Positions 58,680 through 64,000 of a stretch of DNA of 64,000 nucleotides are shown piece after piece. Below the pieces are notes generated by a model, which worked only from the letters and a program-made list of their open reading frames with translations, made no database searches and was not told where the DNA came from. Origin of the DNA: Halobacteriovoraceae bacterium (GTDB lineage: Bacteria > Bdellovibrionota > Bacteriovoracia > Bacteriovoracales > Bacteriovoracaceae); assembly GCA_963719505.1 (NCBI GenBank), contig CAVRCF010000003.1:356969-420968 (forward strand), read 5' to 3'. How positions within the stretch are numbered: position 1 is the stretch's first letter; each line of letters begins with the position of its first letter. A program made the translations under genes and the position numbers.

Positions 58680-60368
58680 ATGTCACGTCGCGCAAAAATA
58701 GTTGCAACCATCGGTCCCAGTTCAAATTCGATTGAAATGATTGAAAAGCTTATTAAAGCTGGAATGAATGTCTGCCGACTAAATATGAGCCACGGAACTC
58801 ATGATTCTCACGCACAAGTTATTTCCAATATTCGTCAAGCAAGCCTAAATCTCAATCAAGAGGTGGCCATTCTGTGTGATCTCCAAGGTCCAAAAATTCG
58901 TGTTGATAAACTTCCACAAAATCTTATGCTTGAAGCCGGTACTGAATGGGTTATCGGTGCAAGTGATGTGATGGACAAGTATCCAGAATATAAAGATAAC
59001 TTTATCCCAACAGTTTATAAAGATCTTGTGACTGACGCTCATGCAGGTGCGGTTATTCTTTTTGATGATGGTTTGATGGAAGCAAAGGCATTTGAAAAAG
59101 ATCGTGATGTTTTAAAAATAAAAATTGTGATCGGTGGAGAGTTAAAATCTAACAAAGGAATTAACCTTCCCAATGTAAATATCTCAGCGCCAAGTTTCAC
59201 TGAAAAAGATAGAGAAGACCTTCTTTTTGGTTTAAAACACGACGTTGATTATGTTGCTTTAAGTTTTGTCAGAACAAAAAAATGTATTCAGGAAGTTAAG
59301 TACCTTCTCCACAAACTTAGAAAAAATACACCTATTATTTCTAAGGTTGAAAAGCCAGAAGCGGTTGAGAATATTGATGAAATTATTGAGGTCTCTGACT
59401 GCATCATGATTGCAAGAGGTGACATGGGAGTTGAGGTTGGTAATCATCTGGTTCCGGCTATTCAAAAAGATATTATTAGAAAGTGTAATGAAGTGGGAAC
59501 TCCTGTTATAACGGCAACTCAGATGCTTGAGAGTATGACGAATAACCCAAGACCTACTCGAGCAGAGGCCAATGATGTGGCCAATGCTATTTGGGATGGG
59601 ACTGATGCTGTTATGCTCAGTGGAGAAACAGCTGGGGGGCAATACCCAGTAGAGTCAGTAACAATGATGAGTAATATTATTATTGAAGCTGAGAAAAAGC
59701 CTACAGAACGTCCTCTTCTTCGTCATATGGATATTGAAAGTGTGGCTTCCAGTGTGCAAATTGCCGCTTCAATTATTGGTGAAAAAAATAACGCCAAATG
59801 GGTTGTCGCCGTCACTCAGTCTGGTTACTCATGTTTAAAAATGAGTCGTTTCAGATCGAAGATGGAAGTTCTTGGCGTCACAAACTCACTTCAAGTCATG
59901 AGAAAAATGTGTCTTTACTGGGGAATTACTCCTTATTATTTCCTTGAAAGCGAAGAAGACCTCTCAACATTACAAGAGCAGATGATTGAGCAGTTAAAGA
60001 CTCATCAGATGGTTCACAATGGAGATAAAATTGTTATTACTCACGGTGATGGAAAGTTCTTTAAACAAGGAACTTCGAATTCTATTCGCGTTGAAATCAT
60101 TAAAGATGCCCATATCGAAGATAAAAATTCAAAAAAGAAAGATGCCATTTTACAAGAGAATATTAAAAATGGTCGCATCATCTTGGATACGGCCCAATGT
60201 GCATCTTGCCAGTCTTGTATCAATATCTGTCCTCATGACATTTGGATCAGAGATAAAAATAATGACACCATTATTAATGCGGCTACCGCAAATGATTGTG
60301 CTCGGGATATGGAATGTGTTTCAGCATGTCCAACCGGGGCTATTGAGATCATCTCAACAGATATCTAG
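58680..60368 (+). CDS. pyk: Pyruvate kinase with C-terminal ferredoxin domain
   Basis: KIVATIGP, RLNMSHG, DLQGPKIR, MIARGDMGVE, ATQMLESM, DGTDAVMLSGET; tail CASCQSCINICP..CARDMECVSACP. Confidence 0.95.
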   Translation: MSRRAKIVATIGPSSNSIEMIEKLIKAGMNVCRLNMSHGTHDSHAQVISNIRQASLNLNQEVAILCDLQGPKIRVDKLPQNLMLEAGTEWVIGASDVMDKYPEYKDNFIPTVYKDLVTDAHAGAVILFDDGLMEAKAFEKDRDVLKIKIVIGGELKSNKGINLPNVNISAPSFTEKDREDLLFGLKHDVDYVALSFVRTKKCIQEVKYLLHKLRKNTPIISKVEKPEAVENIDEIIEVSDCIMIARGDMGVEVGNHLVPAIQKDIIRKCNEVGTPVITATQMLESMTNNPRPTRAEANDVANAIWDGTDAVMLSGETAGGQYPVESVTMMSNIIIEAEKKPTERPLLRHMDIESVASSVQIAASIIGEKNNAKWVVAVTQSGYSCLKMSRFRSKMEVLGVTNSLQVMRKMCLYWGITPYYFLESEEDLSTLQEQMIEQLKTHQMVHNGDKIVITHGDGKFFKQGTSNSIRVEIIKDAHIEDKNSKKKDAILQENIKNGRIILDTAQCASCQSCINICPHDIWIRDKNNDTIINAATANDCARDMECVSACPTGAIEIISTDI

Positions 60369-61292
60369 ATGCGTGATCTTCTCTCCTTATCCGTAGAGAC
60401 TTTGCAGTCAATGCAAATTGTTGACTGGAGTTATACTGAAGAGGATAAGCCCAAAACATTTGATGACTACTCAAGTTGGGTCGATCGAAAGCTTCATGGA
60501 GAACTTGGTTATCTCGCTGATCACCGAAAAGATCTAAGACAGAGCATCTCATCTTTCTATCCCCCTTTTAAATCATCACTGGTTTTTCTTTTTGACTACA
60601 CTCCAGCTGCTAAAAAAAATAAAGAAGATGATAACCACTCGTTTGCGGCCTATACTTTGGGCTTTGATGGAATGGATTATCACTACTGGATTAAAGACAA
60701 GCTAGAAAGCTTGGCAAAGCTATTAGGTTTAAAAGAGTACTCTTTTAGTATTGATGCTCAACCAGTTTTAGAAAGAGACTTGGCCTACCGCTCGGGTCTT
60801 GGGTGGTTTGGGAAAAACTCAATGCTCATCAATAAAAATCACGGAAGTTTCTTTCTAATAAGTGCGATCTTTTTAGATCAGAAACTAGATCTCACGACAA
60901 GAACTCTTGATGTCGATCACTGTGGTACTTGTACTCGTTGCATTGATGCCTGTCCCACTGATGCCATTATTGAAGGCAGAATGATTGACGCCAATAAATG
61001 CATAAGTACTTTTACGATCGAGCACTTTAAAGATGATATTGATCCCCCCAAAGGGTATCCAACGGACAGAGGGGAGATCTTTGGTTGTGATATATGCCAG
61101 GACGTTTGCCCCTGGAATTCAAAACCTTTAGTGAACTCGACCGTTGGTGAAGAGGCCGAGTTTGTCAAAGTATTCAAAGAAACAAATTTACACGATATTT
61201 CTAATAGAGAGTTCAAAAGAATCTTTAAAGGCACTTCCTTAGAGAGAACAGGACGAGTAGGTCTTTTAAAGAATATTAAATATTTAAAATAA
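60369..61292 (+). CDS. queG: Epoxyqueuosine reductase
   Basis: DYHY, VLERDLAYRSGLGWFGKNSMLI, CGTCTRCIDACPT, FGCDICQDVCPWN. Confidence 0.92.
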   Translation: MRDLLSLSVETLQSMQIVDWSYTEEDKPKTFDDYSSWVDRKLHGELGYLADHRKDLRQSISSFYPPFKSSLVFLFDYTPAAKKNKEDDNHSFAAYTLGFDGMDYHYWIKDKLESLAKLLGLKEYSFSIDAQPVLERDLAYRSGLGWFGKNSMLINKNHGSFFLISAIFLDQKLDLTTRTLDVDHCGTCTRCIDACPTDAIIEGRMIDANKCISTFTIEHFKDDIDPPKGYPTDRGEIFGCDICQDVCPWNSKPLVNSTVGEEAEFVKVFKETNLHDISNREFKRIFKGTSLERTGRVGLLKNIKYLK

Positions 61293-62087
61293 TTACCAAG
61301 AAAATTCTTTTCTCATAAAGGCATTGATGTGACTTGCACCACTGCTTGGCTCGTGGTGAGAAAGCTTCTTTGGCTCATTCAAAGAGACTTCATTTCCTAG
61401 ACTTTTTAAATTAAACGACAAGGCTTCAGCTCCACCAGATCCCACCACCACATCATCCAAGCCTGTTATAAGGTGAATTCTTTTATTTGAAAGATCTAGC
61501 TTGAGCTTTTCTTCTTTTATCCAAGGAAAAATATTCTCAGGACTAAGAGCTGGGCTCACAAGCTGTCGTCTAAGATCTAAAGTCTTTTGATAAAAAGCGG
61601 ATTCAAAAAGATGAGTTTCCTTATGTTGGCTAATGCCAAGACCGACGCAAATCGCAGTCGTTTTAGCGGACTCAAATTCAGGTAGAGTAAGCGCCCTTAG
61701 AGCGAGTAAAGCCCCAAGGCTGTGTCCTCCAACAATGAGATCCGTCATTTCAATTTCAATTTTATTGTCCTTAAGACTTTTATTTAAAAACTTATAGGCT
61801 TCAAAGAAGCATAAATGCGCCTGAGCTTTAAAGTCATCAAATGATTCAGCTTCTTTAAAACTTCCAAGATAATGTCCGGGAAGATCAAAGATAACCGCGG
61901 GGGCTCCTGCATCAGCAAAACGCTGGGCCCAAGTGAGGCAGTCGTTTTTACTGGCCGTGTATCCATGGGTAAAGACTCCAAACTGACCTTTATAATTGTC
62001 GGGAAGTTTTGCATCTGGAAGGACTACAATCGCATCAAATGAGAAGAATTCGTTTTTTAATGTCGCTTTTTCAATTTTTATGGCCAT
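61293..62087 (-). CDS. Alpha/beta hydrolase
   Basis: THGY, FDLPGH, GHSLG nucleophile elbow, DDVV, late His. Confidence 0.82.
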   Translation of the reverse strand: MAIKIEKATLKNEFFSFDAIVVLPDAKLPDNYKGQFGVFTHGYTASKNDCLTWAQRFADAGAPAVIFDLPGHYLGSFKEAESFDDFKAQAHLCFFEAYKFLNKSLKDNKIEIEMTDLIVGGHSLGALLALRALTLPEFESAKTTAICVGLGISQHKETHLFESAFYQKTLDLRRQLVSPALSPENIFPWIKEEKLKLDLSNKRIHLITGLDDVVVGSGGAEALSFNLKSLGNEVSLNEPKKLSHHEPSSGASHINAFMRKEFSW

Positions 62088-62205
62088 AGAAAAACAATAC
62101 CTTAGGAGAGAGAATTTTAAAAGGTCATAAAACTTTTACCAGTTATATTGCCACTTTTATGCAAGGTGCTATTGTCACTCAGTTTTAAAATTCTAGGAGA
62201 ATATT

Positions 62206-62598
62206 ATGAAATTAAGTCTTTTGACCTTTATTTTTGCCCAGCTTATAACGGCAAGTGCCTTTGCTGGAACATATGTTTGTTTAGCTCAAGAGGGAAGTGA
62301 ATACGCGGATGCGGCATTGGTTTTTAACGTTGAAAACAGCGCACTTATACAGACATCAAAAGAGATGGTTGTTGAGGACGGTTTAGAAGAGGCACTAGAA
62401 GACGCTCTTGTTGCTACTGACGTAAAGGTTATGACAGCAAGATGTCCACACTGCTATACAGTTTCTGGGACGATCATGGGAGCTTACGAACTGACCCTAA
62501 ACATCCGAGATACAAAAGGAAGCTTTAGTATTAAATATGGCGATGAAGAAAGTTCTAATTCTCCTTCTGGAAACTTAGACTGTTCATTTACTAAATAA
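62206..62598 (+). CDS. Small secreted hypothetical protein
   Basis: Signal peptide SAFA; RCPHCY motif; terminal Cys pair. Confidence 0.65.
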   Translation: MKLSLLTFIFAQLITASAFAGTYVCLAQEGSEYADAALVFNVENSALIQTSKEMVVEDGLEEALEDALVATDVKVMTARCPHCYTVSGTIMGAYELTLNIRDTKGSFSIKYGDEESSNSPSGNLDCSFTK

Positions 62599-62608
62599 GG
62601 ATTCTCTT

Positions 62609-63028
62609 ATGAAAAAATTAGTCTTTTTAATAACTGCAGTTTTATCACTTAGTTCAATGGCAGATGAGACTTATATCTCATGCAAAGCCGTTGATTCAGA
62701 TATAACAATAAAGATTTCAGATGCAATCGATGAATTTGGAATGAAAGTTATCAAGGCCCAGACGAATCATCCAGATATCGGAGGAGCTACCCTAGAGACG
62801 CCTAAGTATACTGAGGTCATCAATAGGGAAGCAGGTATTTACGCTTTAAACTTCAATGCAAAACTTGAAGGCAAGAGGCTAATGGTGGAGTTTCTTTACG
62901 ATAGAGATGGTTTAATGGGAGCTGGAAGACAAGGAAAGACTCTAAAGCTTGATTACTACTACATCAACGACAGTGAGCCCGTTATCATTCAGCTTAACTG
63001 TGACGAGATGTTTGGAATTACTTATTAA
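62609..63028 (+). CDS. Small secreted hypothetical protein
   Basis: Signal peptide SSMA; single N- and C-terminal Cys. Confidence 0.65.
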   Translation: MKKLVFLITAVLSLSSMADETYISCKAVDSDITIKISDAIDEFGMKVIKAQTNHPDIGGATLETPKYTEVINREAGIYALNFNAKLEGKRLMVEFLYDRDGLMGAGRQGKTLKLDYYYINDSEPVIIQLNCDEMFGITY

Positions 63029-63134
63029 TTTTGACTCATAGCTCAGAGGTTTCCAAACTGAAAAAAGCGACATTACTCATATAATAAGTTGACGTTTTTA
63101 TTGAAAATCTTTATCTTAATCCAATAAATATTTT

Positions 63135-63210
63135 GCCCTGATAGCTCAGTTGGTAGAGCAAAGGACTGAAAATCCTTGTGTCCGTGGTTCGAGTCCGCGT
63201 CGGGGCACCA
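63135..63210 (+). tRNA. tRNA-Phe(GAA)
   Basis: GCCCTGA acceptor stem, AAGGA-CTGAAAA-TCCTT anticodon arm, GGTTCGAGTCC, encoded CCA. Confidence 0.97.
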
Positions 63211-63214
63211 AATA

Positions 63215-63243
63215 AAAACCCTTGTTTTTACAAGGGTTTTTTT
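63215..63243 (+). terminator. Intrinsic terminator after tRNA-Phe
   Basis: AAAACCCTTGT-tttt-ACAAGGGTTTT plus T-run. Confidence 0.88.
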
Positions 63244-63391
63244 ATGCCCTAAAACCAAGTCTCAAATTATTATTGTTTAGAGTTCGAAGTCATGTTAAAA
63301 TCTCTAGATCATGAACATATAAAATAAACTCAAATTTCTACTATCAACTTATCTCTAGTGTAATACTAGTGTTTTTTACGGAGTTTATTTT

Positions 63392-63931
63392 ATGAGATCA
63401 AAAATTATATATTATGTTGCTATTACTTTAGATGGATATATTTGTTCTAAAGAAGGTGGAATCGATGATTTCCTACCTTGTGAAGAATTAAATAAACATT
63501 ACTTTAATGAACTTTCTAGGTTCCAAACTACAATCATGGGAAGAAATACTTATGAGTTTGGTTATCAATATGGTCTGAAGCCAGGAGATAGAGCTTATGA
63601 GCATATGGAGCACTATATTTTTTCATCTTCCTTGAGTTTTGATAAGCGATTCAAGGGAGTCCATGTTGAGTCAAACCTGTCTCGGAATGTAATTAATCAG
63701 ATTAAAGAAAACAGCAATTCAGATATATATCTTTGTGGGGGAGGAAGCTTTGCTACTGAACTCTATAAGCTTAATTTAATCGATGAAATCTGGCTTAAAG
63801 TAAATCCTGTTCTTATAGGAAATGGTATTAAGTTTCTAGATTCTAATGATCTAAATGAGAGGCTTAAACTGCATTCAACTAGAGAGTTTGCATCAGGAAT
63901 AATTGAGTTGAGATATAATCTAGGTTCCTAA
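63392..63931 (+). CDS. Dihydrofolate reductase-like (RibD C-terminal) protein
   Basis: AITLDGYI, IMGRNTYE, IYLCGGGS, LIDEIWL..NPVLIGNG. Confidence 0.88.
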   Translation: MRSKIIYYVAITLDGYICSKEGGIDDFLPCEELNKHYFNELSRFQTTIMGRNTYEFGYQYGLKPGDRAYEHMEHYIFSSSLSFDKRFKGVHVESNLSRNVINQIKENSNSDIYLCGGGSFATELYKLNLIDEIWLKVNPVLIGNGIKFLDSNDLNERLKLHSTREFASGIIELRYNLGS

Positions 63932-64000
63932 ACTTGATAAATAAGAGCTAAATCTCAGCACGATAACCGTGTCGTCGAGACATAACTTTAATAAACTTGT

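Noticed and set aside
63073-63258. 61-aa minus-strand ORF
   Set aside because: Antisense to tRNA-Phe and its terminator
63392-63931. Trimethoprim-resistance dfr gene
   Set aside because: Motifs fit the widespread RibD C-terminal/DHFR-like family rather than FolA/DfrA
63932-64000. Integron attC site after the DHFR-like gene
   Set aside because: Only a weak hairpin; no convincing paired RYYYAAC/GTTRRRY boxes before the window ends

Overview
AT-rich bacterial chromosomal window. Gene content and order point to a predatory Bdellovibrionota (Bacteriovorax/Halobacteriovorax-like); this taxon call is inference. Housekeeping genes include lnt, dksA, mltG, ruvX, rho-DUF1385-prfA-prmC-murA-HIT, guaBA, queC, a phosphosugar mutase, dus, pyk, queG, tRNA-Val(GAC) and tRNA-Phe(GAA), interspersed with many exported hypothetical proteins. 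A 10-gene Agl-Glt-type gliding operon (39.7-50.4 kb, minus strand) is headed by a VWA lipoprotein with a proline-free collagen-like (GTNGTD)n stalk. Main leads: (1) pyruvate kinase fused to a C-terminal dicluster ferredoxin and abutting queG; (2) a divergent SelO-like pseudokinase in an operon with peptidase E and a PilT-type ATPase; (3) a recurring R-x-[PVIL]-A-S linear motif in unrelated exported proteins; (4) two secreted proteins built from unrecognised disulfide-type repeats; (5) several sigma-28-like promoters and one sigma-54 promoter. rho, DUF1385, an OmpA-like gene and the collagen-VWA gene are broken by single-base indels, most likely sequencing errors. No CRISPR array, rRNA, integrase or transposase was seen.
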